Notes: generated from the letters alone by a model not told the origin. 32,000 nucleotides of DNA from Opitutia bacterium KCR 482 (GCA_029269845.2 CP149973.1:750001-782000), one strand, 5' to 3'. Positions 18,160 to 26,181 are shown, counted from the first letter of the stretch. Translations and numbers: made by a program.

Positions 18160-19524
18160 ATGTTCCGCCGAGCCGCAACACTGCTTTTCGCGCTGCTGCC
18201 GACGGCGTGCGCCCTGCTCTGCGCCTCTTGCGCGTCGGGTGGAGACGCAAACTCCGCGGGCTTCGAAAACCTGCTCGAAAGCGTCGTGAAAATCGATGTC
18301 TGGGAGGTGTCGCAAAAGGACGGCGGAAGCAGGACGAACCGCGCGGTAGGCTCCGGCGCGATAATGTCGGAGGACGGCACGATTCTCACGAATGCGCACG
18401 TCGTCAACTGCTACGCGTCGAAAATCGTGGTGACCCTCGCGAACCTCGAACGCGTGCGCGCGGAGTTCGTCGGGTGGGACCACTGGACGGACTTGGCGGT
18501 AATCAGGCTCGACCCCGACGAGCTAAAACGCAAAAACCCGAAGTTCGCCGTCGCAAAATTGGGAGACTCCGACACGCTCCGCGCGGGCGAGGTCGTCTAC
18601 GCGGTCGGCACTCCGCACGGCTTTGCGCGGACAATCACGCGCGGGATAATATCGAACACAAACAGGTACTTCGAGGGCACGATTCTCAACAGCGGCTACG
18701 AAACGGGCGCGTTCAATTCGTGGATTCAAACCGACGCGGCAATCAACCCCGGAAACAGCGGCGGCCCGCTAGTGAGGCCGAACGGCGAAATTGTGGGCAT
18801 AAACACGCGGGCGTACACGAACTCGAACAACCTCGGCTTCTCAGTGCCGTCGAACGTGGCGCGGCGAGTGATAAACGAAATCTCGGCGCACGGGAAAGTG
18901 GAGCGCGGATACGTCGGAATAGGCTTCGCGCCCCTGCAAGACATGGAGGAATTTTTCGAAATAGACACGAACCGCGGCGTGCTTGTACAAAATGTGGACG
19001 CGCTCTCGCCTGCGGCCGTCGCGGGGATTCTCGCGGGGGACATAGTGCTAAAAATAGACGGCGAAGACATCGACGGCCGCTTTCCCGAACAAATGCCCGC
19101 AATCATGGCGAAAATCGCCGACGTCCGCGCGGGCGGCACGATAGAATTAGAGCTTCTGCGCGGCGGCAAAAAATTCTCTAAAACCCTCAAAGCCGAAAAG
19201 CTCGAAAGCCGCATAGGCAAAGAGTACACGCTCGAAAAATGGGGCGCGGGCATGCGCGAAATCACCAAGCCCTACGCGCGGGAATCGAAGCTTGATACCG
19301 ACTCGCGGCTGATGGTCGCGGGCGTAAGGCAGGGCTTTCCGTTTGACGCGGCGGGCATCTGCGCGGGAGATATAATCGTATCGGCTGACAGAAAAAAAGT
19401 CTCGACAGAGGCGGAGCTGCGGGCGGTCTACGAAAGCTACCGCAAGTCGCCGAAAAAAATCCTCGTGGAAATTCTGCGCGACCGCGCGCTGTCGTTCCAC
19501 ATTCTCGCGCCGCCAGAAAATTAG
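18160..19524 (+). CDS. htrA: HtrA/DegP-family periplasmic serine endoprotease with two PDZ-like regions
   Basis: Signal-like MFRRAATLLFALLPTACALLCASCA. Triad contexts are TNAHVV (His), TDLAVIRL (Asp) and NPGNSGGPLV (Ser). PDZ-like GVLVQNVDALSPAAVAGILAGDIVLKIDG and a second AGVRQGFPFDAAGICAGDIIVSAD. Confidence 0.9.
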   Translation: MFRRAATLLFALLPTACALLCASCASGGDANSAGFENLLESVVKIDVWEVSQKDGGSRTNRAVGSGAIMSEDGTILTNAHVVNCYASKIVVTLANLERVRAEFVGWDHWTDLAVIRLDPDELKRKNPKFAVAKLGDSDTLRAGEVVYAVGTPHGFARTITRGIISNTNRYFEGTILNSGYETGAFNSWIQTDAAINPGNSGGPLVRPNGEIVGINTRAYTNSNNLGFSVPSNVARRVINEISAHGKVERGYVGIGFAPLQDMEEFFEIDTNRGVLVQNVDALSPAAVAGILAGDIVLKIDGEDIDGRFPEQMPAIMAKIADVRAGGTIELELLRGGKKFSKTLKAEKLESRIGKEYTLEKWGAGMREITKPYARESKLDTDSRLMVAGVRQGFPFDAAGICAGDIIVSADRKKVSTEAELRAVYESYRKSPKKILVEILRDRALSFHILAPPEN

Positions 19525-20246
19525 GCGTAGAACGCCGAAACAGCCGACAGCGCAAAAAGCGCGGCGGTATCGCACTTCATGACGTTGCGCCCAAGCGTTG
19601 CGGGCAGAAAACCCGCCCCGCGGGCAAGCGCGTATTCGGCGGGAGACAAATCGCCCTCCGGACCGACAAGAACGCAGACGCTCTTCGGGCGCGGGGCGGC
19701 GCGGAGAATTTCGGCAATCGGCTTCGAGCCGTCTTCGAGGCTCGCGACAATCTTCAAGTCGAAGTCGGCGGAGGAGAGGAAGTCGGAAATTTTGCGCGGT
19801 TCGGGCATCTCGAATTTCACGAAGTTGCCCGACTGCTTGACCGCCTCGACAACATGCGCCGTCCACTTTGCCGACTTGCGCTCGGAGTCCGAAATTTTCA
19901 CCTGAGTGCGCTCGGAAAGAAGCGGGAACACACCCGCCGCGCCGACCTCCACGGACTGCCTCACAATGTCGTCGAAAGTCTTCCCCTTCGGCAGGCTCTG
20001 GGCGAGATACACGCGCGGTTCGGGCGCGGGCACTTCGACGGCTTCGCCCACTTCAAGCTCGGCGCGTTTTTGGCTCGGCGAAACGAGCGTACAGTGCCTG
20101 ACGTTCCCCGCCAAGTCGAACAAATCGACGGCGTCCCCCGCCCTCGCGCGGAGCGAGCCGCAAAGATGCCTGCTTTCGTCGGGCGAAAGCGCGGCGACGC
20201 GCGGAACTCCGCCGCCGAAATCGAAATATGCCCTGAAACCTGCCAT
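19521..20246 (-). CDS. rsmE: 16S rRNA (uracil1498-N3)-methyltransferase
   Basis: RsmE-type SPOUT pattern: ...LAQSLPKGKTFDDIVRQSVEVGAAGVFPLLSERT, VLVGPEGDLSPAE, LGRNVMKCDTAAL. Confidence 0.85.
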   Translation of the reverse strand: MAGFRAYFDFGGGVPRVAALSPDESRHLCGSLRARAGDAVDLFDLAGNVRHCTLVSPSQKRAELEVGEAVEVPAPEPRVYLAQSLPKGKTFDDIVRQSVEVGAAGVFPLLSERTQVKISDSERKSAKWTAHVVEAVKQSGNFVKFEMPEPRKISDFLSSADFDLKIVASLEDGSKPIAEILRAAPRPKSVCVLVGPEGDLSPAEYALARGAGFLPATLGRNVMKCDTAALFALSAVSAFYA

Positions 20247-20291
20247 AATTTACAGCTTGCACTTTTTGCGCGTTTTGTAAAAATTTTTTTT

Positions 20292-20846
20292 ATGCAAAAT
20301 GGACTCAAAGGCAAAACGGCGGTGGTAGGCGTATGCAGCTCGATTGCGGTCTACAAGGCGGCGGAAATCGTGTCGCGGCTCGCGAAATCGGGCGCGGACG
20401 TGCATGTCGTCATGACGGAAAACGCGGCAAAACTAATGTCGCCGCGCATCTTCCAGACGCTTTCGCGCAACAAAACATACGTCTCGATGTGGGAGGAAAT
20501 TTCCGACTGGAAGCCCGAACACATTTCGCTCGCCGAAGCCGCCGACCTGCTGCTCGTAGCCCCAGCGACTGCAAACACAATCGGGAACTTCGCCCGCGGG
20601 CTCGCTCCCGACATGCTCTCCACAATCTACCTTGCAACGCGCGCGCCGGTGCTCGTAGCCCCCGCAATGAACTGCGACATGTACGCGCACCCCGCCGTCG
20701 CCGAAAACATCGAAATACTCAAAAAGCGCGGCGTCGAATTCGTCGAACCCGAAACGGGAATGCTCGCGTGCGGACGCGAGGGCGCGGGACGCCTTGCGGA
20801 GGTCGGGAAAATCGTCGAAAAGGCGGCGGAAATACTTTCAAGATGA
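20292..20846 (+). CDS. coaC: Phosphopantothenoylcysteine decarboxylase flavoprotein (CoaC only, no fused CoaB domain)
   Basis: From the ATG at 20292: MQNGLKGKTAVVGVCSSIAVYKAAEIVSRL...LLLVAPATANTIGNFARGLAPDML...APAMNCDMY...LACGREGAGRL. It is 184 aa and stops where a Dfp CoaB half would begin. Confidence 0.85.
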   Translation: MQNGLKGKTAVVGVCSSIAVYKAAEIVSRLAKSGADVHVVMTENAAKLMSPRIFQTLSRNKTYVSMWEEISDWKPEHISLAEAADLLLVAPATANTIGNFARGLAPDMLSTIYLATRAPVLVAPAMNCDMYAHPAVAENIEILKKRGVEFVEPETGMLACGREGAGRLAEVGKIVEKAAEILSR

Positions 20847-21790
20847 GGGAAATTTTCGAGACACTCTCCGACGAGTTCCGCCGCTGCGCCGCCGAGGGCG
20901 CGGAATTTGCGCCCGTAAGCGACGAATCTCTGGCAATCCTGAAACGCCTCGCCGCCGAGCTTGCGCCCGACGACGACGCCCCGCAGCGCAAGCCCGACGA
21001 AGAGGAATTTGTGGACAATATCGAGGAAGTCAAATTCGTCTCTGCCGAAGATTTCGTAAAAGAGGAAAAGAAACAGGAAACGCAAAAAAGGATAAAAGTA
21101 GTGAAAACAAACCCCATGCCCGACATCAAGCCAATACCCGCGCCGAAAAAATTCGAGCTGCCCGAAGGCGACAAACAGATGCGCTGGGAGGCGCTGAGGG
21201 AAATTGTGCTGTCGGACAAAGTTTGCGCCGAACACCTGCGCCCGCAAAAGAAAATCGTCTTCGGAGTCGGAAACCTCGACGCAAAAATTTTCTTCTGCGG
21301 CGAAGCACCCGGGGCGGACGAAGAAATTCAGGGCGAACCTTTCGTCGGCAAGGCTGGACAGCTTCTTACAAAAATCATCGCCGCAATGGGGCTTTCTCGG
21401 CAGGACGCATACATCGGCAACATCATGAACTGGCGTCCCGAAACGCCCAAGGGCAACCGCCCGCCGACCGAAGAGGAAATGAACTACTGCCTGCCCTACC
21501 TGAAAGCGCAAATTGACGTGGTGAAGCCGCAGGTTGTGGTCGCGCTCGGGCTGACCGCCGCAAACGGGCTGCTGGGCTTCGACCCGACCCGCCGCATGGG
21601 TAAAATCCGCGGGCAGTGGCAGAAGTTCGGCGACGCCGACCTGATGGTGACCTACCACCCGTCGTTCCTGCTTCAATACGCGTCAGCGCAGATGAAGAGG
21701 CTTGTGTGGGAAGACATGATGGCGGTAATGGAGCGCACGGGAATCCCGATTTCGGAAAAACAGCGCGGCTACTTCCTGCCCAAGGAATAG
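20843..21790 (+). CDS. Family-4-type uracil-DNA glycosylase with a roughly 125-aa N-terminal extension
   Basis: The ATG at 20843 forms an ATGA overlap with the coaC stop. The C-terminal 190 aa has VFGVGNLDAKIFFCGEAPGADEE, GEPFVGKAGQLL, NIMNWRP and MVTYHPSFLL. The N-terminus is an acidic/lysine-rich extension. Confidence 0.85.
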   Translation: MREIFETLSDEFRRCAAEGAEFAPVSDESLAILKRLAAELAPDDDAPQRKPDEEEFVDNIEEVKFVSAEDFVKEEKKQETQKRIKVVKTNPMPDIKPIPAPKKFELPEGDKQMRWEALREIVLSDKVCAEHLRPQKKIVFGVGNLDAKIFFCGEAPGADEEIQGEPFVGKAGQLLTKIIAAMGLSRQDAYIGNIMNWRPETPKGNRPPTEEEMNYCLPYLKAQIDVVKPQVVVALGLTAANGLLGFDPTRRMGKIRGQWQKFGDADLMVTYHPSFLLQYASAQMKRLVWEDMMAVMERTGIPISEKQRGYFLPKE

Positions 21791-21804
21791 ACAACGCACA
21801 GGCG

Positions 21805-21842
21805 AAAAAAATGCCCCGCCGAAACGGGGCATTTTTCTTTTG
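21805..21842 (+). terminator. Rho-independent terminator after udg
   Basis: aaaaaa atgccccg ccgaaa cggggcat ttttctttt. Confidence 0.8.
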
Positions 21843-22061
21843 CGCTACCGAATCTTAAACGGCTGGATTTTCAGGCGGCTGCCCTCCGACAAACTGCTTT
21901 CCTTTATCGAATAAAGCTTGTCGCCTACAAGCACAATGACGTTGCCCAGCTCGTATTTCAGCACGACAAATTTACCGCCTTGACCGTTCTCTGCAACTCC
22001 ACAAGAGACTTGTTTATTCCGACGCTCATAATCGCGACGCTATGCATGTTAAAACAATTCG

Positions 22062-22074
22062 GGGCGGCTAAAAA
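22062..22074 (+). repeat. Copy 1 of a perfect 13-nt direct repeat, GGGCGGCTAAAAA, upstream of rpoN
   Basis: Identical 13-mers at 22062-22074 and 22111-22123, 49 nt apart start to start. Confidence 0.9.
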
Positions 22075-22110
22075 CTCCGACGCCGAACGTCGAAATTTTC
22101 TACTTGTTAT

Positions 22111-22123
22111 GGGCGGCTAAAAA
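22111..22123 (+). repeat. Copy 2 of GGGCGGCTAAAAA, ending 21 nt before the rpoN ATG
   Basis: See copy 1. Its function (promoter element or operator) is unknown. Confidence 0.9.
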
Positions 22124-22144
22124 TGTTGAAATTAATAGCTGAAA

Positions 22145-23512
22145 ATGTCGGCGGAATTCGGACAGATTCAGAGGCAGGAGCAATCGCTTATCCTGACTCC
22201 GCAACTCAAACGCAGCTTGGAAATTCTCCAAGCGGCGTCGCTTGATTTGGAGAAAATCGTCGCGGTCGAGCTGAAAAAAAATCCCCTCTTGGAGGAGATT
22301 CCCCCCGACGACTTCGAGCGTCCGCAGACGCTCGGCGAATCGGCTGATTTTGACGACGACGATTTCGGCGCTCCAGCGCAATCCTCCGACACCGAAAAAG
22401 AGCAGAAAACGCGCGACTTTGTCCTAAACTCCCTACCCGACAAAACCTCCCTCCAAGAGCACCTTCTCACGGAGGCGAAACTCGATGCCGCGACGCCCGA
22501 AATCGCAAAGGCTTTCGAAAACCTCGCCGGCTCGCTTGACGAGCGCGGATTTCTGCTGCCCGACGCCCTCGACAACGCCCGCGCGGCGGGCTTCGACGAA
22601 AAGACAATCAACGCCGCCCTCGACCTTCTGCGCGACTCCGAGCCGTCGGGAATCGGCGCGTTCGACATGCGCGACTCTCTCATGTTGCAGCTCGAACACA
22701 AGGGCATGGAGAACTCGCTCGCGTACAGGATTCTCGCCGACAGGTTCGACCTTCTTCTGAAACGCAAGGTGGAGGAAATTGCCGAGCTTGAAAACCGCTC
22801 GCCCGCCGACGTTGAAAGGGCAATCGGCGAAATCGCGAAGCTCCACACGTCGCCTGCGTCGGAGTACGCCGCCGAGGACGAAAAATTCATAGTGCCGGAG
22901 CTTGTCTTCTACCGCGACGACGACGGCGTTTGGCATGTGGACGAGGCAAAATACGCCTCGCCGCGCCTGCGCATAAACCCCGACTACCGCAAGCTCGCCG
23001 CCGACGAGCGCGTCCGACCGGAGGAACGCGCGTACATCAAGGAGAAAATCCGCGACGGAAAATTCCTCATGGACGCCGTGGATTTGCGGCGCAAAACCAT
23101 TCTCAAAATCGGGCGCGCGATACTCGAAAGGCAGTCCGGATTTTTCGAAAACGGCAGGGACGCCCTCAAACCAATGACAATGCAGGACGTCGCCGACGAA
23201 ATCGGCGTGCACGCGACGACGGTCGGACGCGCGATTTCGGAAAAATACGCGCAGACGCCGCACGGGCTTCTGCCGCTCAAATTCTTTTTCAGCGGCGGAT
23301 ACGAGTCGGCTGACGGAGGCGGGCTTTCGAGCGAGTCGGTGAAAAACATGATAAGAAAAATCGTTTCGGAGGAGTCGCCGCGCGCGCCGCTGAGCGACTC
23401 GAAAATCGCGGAAATGCTCGCGGAGGACGGCGTGAGCGTCGCCCGCCGAACCGTCGCAAAATACCGCGAGGAGCTCGGCATACCCGCAAAAACTTTGAGA
23501 AAACGCTTCTGA
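22145..23512 (+). CDS. rpoN: RNA polymerase sigma-54 factor
   Basis: Region I is LILTPQLKRSLEILQAASLDLEKIVAVELKKNPLLEE. The C-terminal HTH and RpoN box are HATTVGRAISEKY...ARRTVAKYREELGIP. Confidence 0.95.
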   Translation: MSAEFGQIQRQEQSLILTPQLKRSLEILQAASLDLEKIVAVELKKNPLLEEIPPDDFERPQTLGESADFDDDDFGAPAQSSDTEKEQKTRDFVLNSLPDKTSLQEHLLTEAKLDAATPEIAKAFENLAGSLDERGFLLPDALDNARAAGFDEKTINAALDLLRDSEPSGIGAFDMRDSLMLQLEHKGMENSLAYRILADRFDLLLKRKVEEIAELENRSPADVERAIGEIAKLHTSPASEYAAEDEKFIVPELVFYRDDDGVWHVDEAKYASPRLRINPDYRKLAADERVRPEERAYIKEKIRDGKFLMDAVDLRRKTILKIGRAILERQSGFFENGRDALKPMTMQDVADEIGVHATTVGRAISEKYAQTPHGLLPLKFFFSGGYESADGGGLSSESVKNMIRKIVSEESPRAPLSDSKIAEMLAEDGVSVARRTVAKYREELGIPAKTLRKRF

Positions 23513-23513
23513 T

Positions 23514-24140
23514 ATGTTCGAAGAAACAACACTTATTATCGACGCGTGCGGAGAGCGCGTGAAAATGTCGCTGGCAAAAAACGGCGAGCAGATTTTCGAA
23601 ACCGTCTCCGACAGGCAGGCGATTGAAAGCGCGGCGCAGTGCGCCCTTGCGCTCCCCTTAGAGCTGCGCAAAATCCGCGCGTACGCAATCTGCACGGGGC
23701 CGGGGTCTATGCTCGGCACGCGTTTCGCAAGCGCGTTCGCGTCTACCCTCGCGAAGCTCTCCGACGCCGAAATTTTCGAGTGGGACGCAATGCTTGCCGC
23801 CGCGCACGCAATAGCCGACGGCGGAGAGGCGGCGGAATTTTCGCTCGTCGCGCCGTCGCGCAGGGGCTTCGCAAACATAGTAAATTTCGCAAACGGCGGC
23901 GTGGAGCTTGAAGCGGAGGTCGAGCTTGAAAGGCTGGAAGGAATCGCAAAGCAGAAAAAATTTCTGCTCCGCCAGCGCAAGTCGGATTTCGATTTCGAGG
24001 AATTCGACCCGTCGCCGCGGCAGCTCTTCGAGACGCTCAAAAAGCACCCCGAACTCGCAAAAAAATGCGAGCTGCCGCCCGACGCAAAACCGCTTTCTAA
24101 AAGGGAATATGTAAAATGGAAGGGTCAAGCACACATCTGA
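23514..24140 (+). CDS. tsaB: TsaB (YeaZ)-like protein, tRNA t6A37 biosynthesis partner / ASKHA fold
   Basis: LIIDACGERVKMSL matches the ILAIDTAT... start, and AYAICTGPGSMLGTRFASAFASTLA matches GRGPGSFTG[VL]R. It starts 1 nt after the rpoN stop. Divergent, so moderate confidence. Confidence 0.55.
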   Translation: MFEETTLIIDACGERVKMSLAKNGEQIFETVSDRQAIESAAQCALALPLELRKIRAYAICTGPGSMLGTRFASAFASTLAKLSDAEIFEWDAMLAAAHAIADGGEAAEFSLVAPSRRGFANIVNFANGGVELEAEVELERLEGIAKQKKFLLRQRKSDFDFEEFDPSPRQLFETLKKHPELAKKCELPPDAKPLSKREYVKWKGQAHI

Positions 24141-25240
24141 GGTGCTCGGTGCGCATAGACTTGTGCGCTCTCGAACGAAACCTCGGCAAACTCAAATATT
24201 TCATGCCGAAATCGCGCGGGTACATTGCGCTCGTCTCCGCCGACGCGTTCGGCTACGGCGTGGAGGCGGCCGTCGTGCGCCTCATGCTAAGCGGCGCGGA
24301 CGCGTTCGCGGTCACAAACGTAAGCGAGGGCGCGAGAGTCCGCGAGGTCGGGTCGGGCTGGAAGGTCGTGGTGATGTCGTCGTCGCTCCCCGGCGAGGAG
24401 GACGAATACTTCGAAAACTCCCTCACGCCCGTGCTCGTAAGTTGCGAGGAAATCGCCCGCTTCGAAAAAAAGGCGGAGGAACTCGGCGCGACGCTCGCAG
24501 TCCACATGCGCCTGCCGACCGTCGGCGAAACGGTGCCGTCGCCCGAAGAGGCAAAAAAAATGCTCGACGCGCTGCTCGAATCGAAGCGGCTCAAACTCGA
24601 AGCGTTCTGCCTGCTCGGCACGGGAACGGGCGCTCCGCAGGAGGGCGCAATGCCCGACGCCGACTTCGTCGAATACGCGAAAAGGAAAACCGACAGCCTC
24701 GGCGCAAAAATTTTCGTCCACCACAGCGACGTCTGCGACGTCTCCGCGCTGCCGTTCGACCGCGCGCTGCGGGCGGGGCTTGTACTCTTCGGCATGAAGC
24801 CGTCGGAAAACTCCATTTTAAAGGGCTTCGAACCGGAACATGTGCTGACGTTCAGAAGCTCCGTAAGCCAGATTAAGAACCTGCCCAAGGGCGCAACGGT
24901 CGGCTACGGGCGGACGTACATTCTGAAAAAGGACTCGCGCGTGGCTCTGCTTTCGGTGGGCTACGGCGACGGCGTGCCGCGCAACGCGAGCGAAAAGATG
25001 GACGTCATCATCAGGGGCAAACGCGCAACCGTAATCGGGCGCGTCTCGATGGACCAAGCCGCGATTGACGTTAGCGACTTCGACGAAATCGAGGTCGGCG
25101 ACGAGGCGATAATCGTCGGAGAGAGCGGCGGAATTTCGATTCCGATTGAGGAATACGCGGGCAGACTGGGCATTACCCCCGCGCAGGCGCTTACATCAAT
25201 TACAAAGAGGGTGGCGCGTTTCTACAAAATGCTATATTAA
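24116..25240 (+). CDS. Alanine racemase-family protein lacking the canonical PLP-binding lysine
   Basis: Collinear with Alr: VRIDLCALERNL, ALVSADAFGYG (versus AVVKANAYGHG), LRAGLVLFG, GATVGYGRTY, LLSVGYGDGVPR, VIGRVSMDQ, and the C-terminal SITKRVARFY. It overlaps the tsaB-like end by 25 nt. Confidence 0.8.
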   Translation: MEGSSTHLRCSVRIDLCALERNLGKLKYFMPKSRGYIALVSADAFGYGVEAAVVRLMLSGADAFAVTNVSEGARVREVGSGWKVVVMSSSLPGEEDEYFENSLTPVLVSCEEIARFEKKAEELGATLAVHMRLPTVGETVPSPEEAKKMLDALLESKRLKLEAFCLLGTGTGAPQEGAMPDADFVEYAKRKTDSLGAKIFVHHSDVCDVSALPFDRALRAGLVLFGMKPSENSILKGFEPEHVLTFRSSVSQIKNLPKGATVGYGRTYILKKDSRVALLSVGYGDGVPRNASEKMDVIIRGKRATVIGRVSMDQAAIDVSDFDEIEVGDEAIIVGESGGISIPIEEYAGRLGITPAQALTSITKRVARFYKMLY

Positions 25241-25299
25241 TTGAAAAAAAAGCTTGTCAAACGCAAACGCCAAGGTAAATTGATTTGCTTATAAAAAAA

Positions 25300-25373
25300 C
25301 GGGCCGTAGCGCAGTCTGGTAGCGCGCTTGCATGGGGTGCAAGAGGTCCCGAGTTCGATCCTCGGCGGCCCGA
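25300..25373 (+). tRNA. tRNA-Pro (anticodon GGG)
   Basis: Manual cloverleaf: acceptor CGGGCCG/CGGCCCG, D arm GCGC-AGTCTGGTA-GCGC, anticodon arm CTTGC-AT GGG GT-GCAAG, variable AGGTC, T arm CCGAG-TTCGATC-CTCGG, discriminator A. CCA is not encoded. Confidence 0.93.
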
Positions 25374-25381
25374 CGTTTTTC

Positions 25382-25412
25382 AAAAAACCGCAAATTCGTT
25401 TGCGGTTTTTTT
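25382..25412 (+). terminator. Rho-independent terminator after tRNA-Pro
   Basis: ccgcaaa (25388-25394), loop ttcg, tttgcgg (25399-25405), then T7. This is a UUCG tetraloop hairpin. Confidence 0.75.
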
Positions 25413-25543
25413 GCGCCCACCTGCGGCGCATTGCCCCATGCCCGCCGCTTTTTATTCATTCAGCTACCTTTGTGATGAGCGGAAAAATCGGCTTCCCGCG
25501 CACACGGCTTGCTCCGTGTTTTGCCGAATATCCAGAGCGTAAA

Positions 25544-25983
25544 TTAAGGCAGTTTCATATAAATCAGCGGGTACGGGCGGTGTTGTTCGTCGAGGGCGGA
25601 GCGTTTATATGCCTTGAAGCCGAGGTGTTCGTAAAAGCCCACGGCTTGCGGGTTCTGTTCGTTGACTGTCAAATTGTCCATGCGGTATTTTTCAATTCCG
25701 TATTCGACAAGTTTGCGCCCCGCGCCTTTGCCCTTCTTCGACGACTCTACAAACAGCATTTCCAAGCGGCGGTTCTCGACGCCCATCCGCAAACCGCGCC
25801 GCTTTCGTCGGATGCGAGCGCGAGGTTTTCGACGGCGTTCAGCCCTGCGCGGACTTCGGGTTCTATTGCGTCTATTTCGCGCGGCGTCAGAAATGTATGC
25901 GTTGCGGAGACGGACTTCCGCCAAATGTTGGCGAGCCTGTCGACTAGCTCCTGCGTTCGCGCGGTCTGTTCCCTTATTCCCAT
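25544..25983 (-). pseudogene. GNAT-family N-acetyltransferase split by a frameshift (pseudogene or sequencing error)
   Basis: The N-terminal half is in one frame (25983 to 25747: MGIREQTARTQELVDRLANIWRKSVSATHTFLTPREIDAIEPEV...DESGAVCGW then nonsense and a stop). The C-terminal half is in another frame (from about 25786: GVENRRLEMLFVESSKKGKGAGRKLVEYGIEKY...VNEQNPQAVGFYEHLGFK). The two join naturally if 1 nt is restored near 25787-25792. Confidence 0.65.
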
Positions 25984-26114
25984 TTAGTTTATTTCCCGAT
26001 TTGCCGCAAAGTCGCGGGCGGATTGCCGATTATCGGCGGATATTTTTTAACACATTCAAGCCGCAAAGGTTGATTTTACGCGTCAAATATTGCCGTAATG
26101 GATTAATATCAGCA

Positions 26115-26149
26115 TAAAAAAACGCACCGAAAAGCAAAAATTCGGCACG
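26115..26149 (-). terminator. Candidate terminator downstream of the RRM-protein gene
   Basis: The minus strand reads gtgccgaa tttttgc ttttcggtgc followed by gttttttta. Confidence 0.5.
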
Positions 26150-26181
26150 TTTTGTCAAATTACATTAAATTTGCAGAAATG

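Noticed and set aside
20247-20291. Sigma-70-like TTGCAC-N15-TAAAAA in the 45-nt rsmE/coaC divergent spacer, implying a near-leaderless coaC mRNA
   Set aside because: The spacing is short and the -10 is just part of an A/T run. This cannot be supported without TSS data.
22433-24040. 535-aa minus-strand ORF, plus other long R/S/A-rich ORFs (3292..4365 -, 13144..14091 -, 15245..16414 -, 20627..21676 -, 9256..10155 +, 12798..13682 +, 24142..24876 +, 26236..27144 +)
   Set aside because: Each one overlaps a confidently identified gene on the other strand or in another frame (rpoN/tsaB-like, yqhD-like, lnt, M3 peptidase, udg, secA, alr-like, RRM). All have low-complexity Arg/Ala/Ser-rich translations without motifs.
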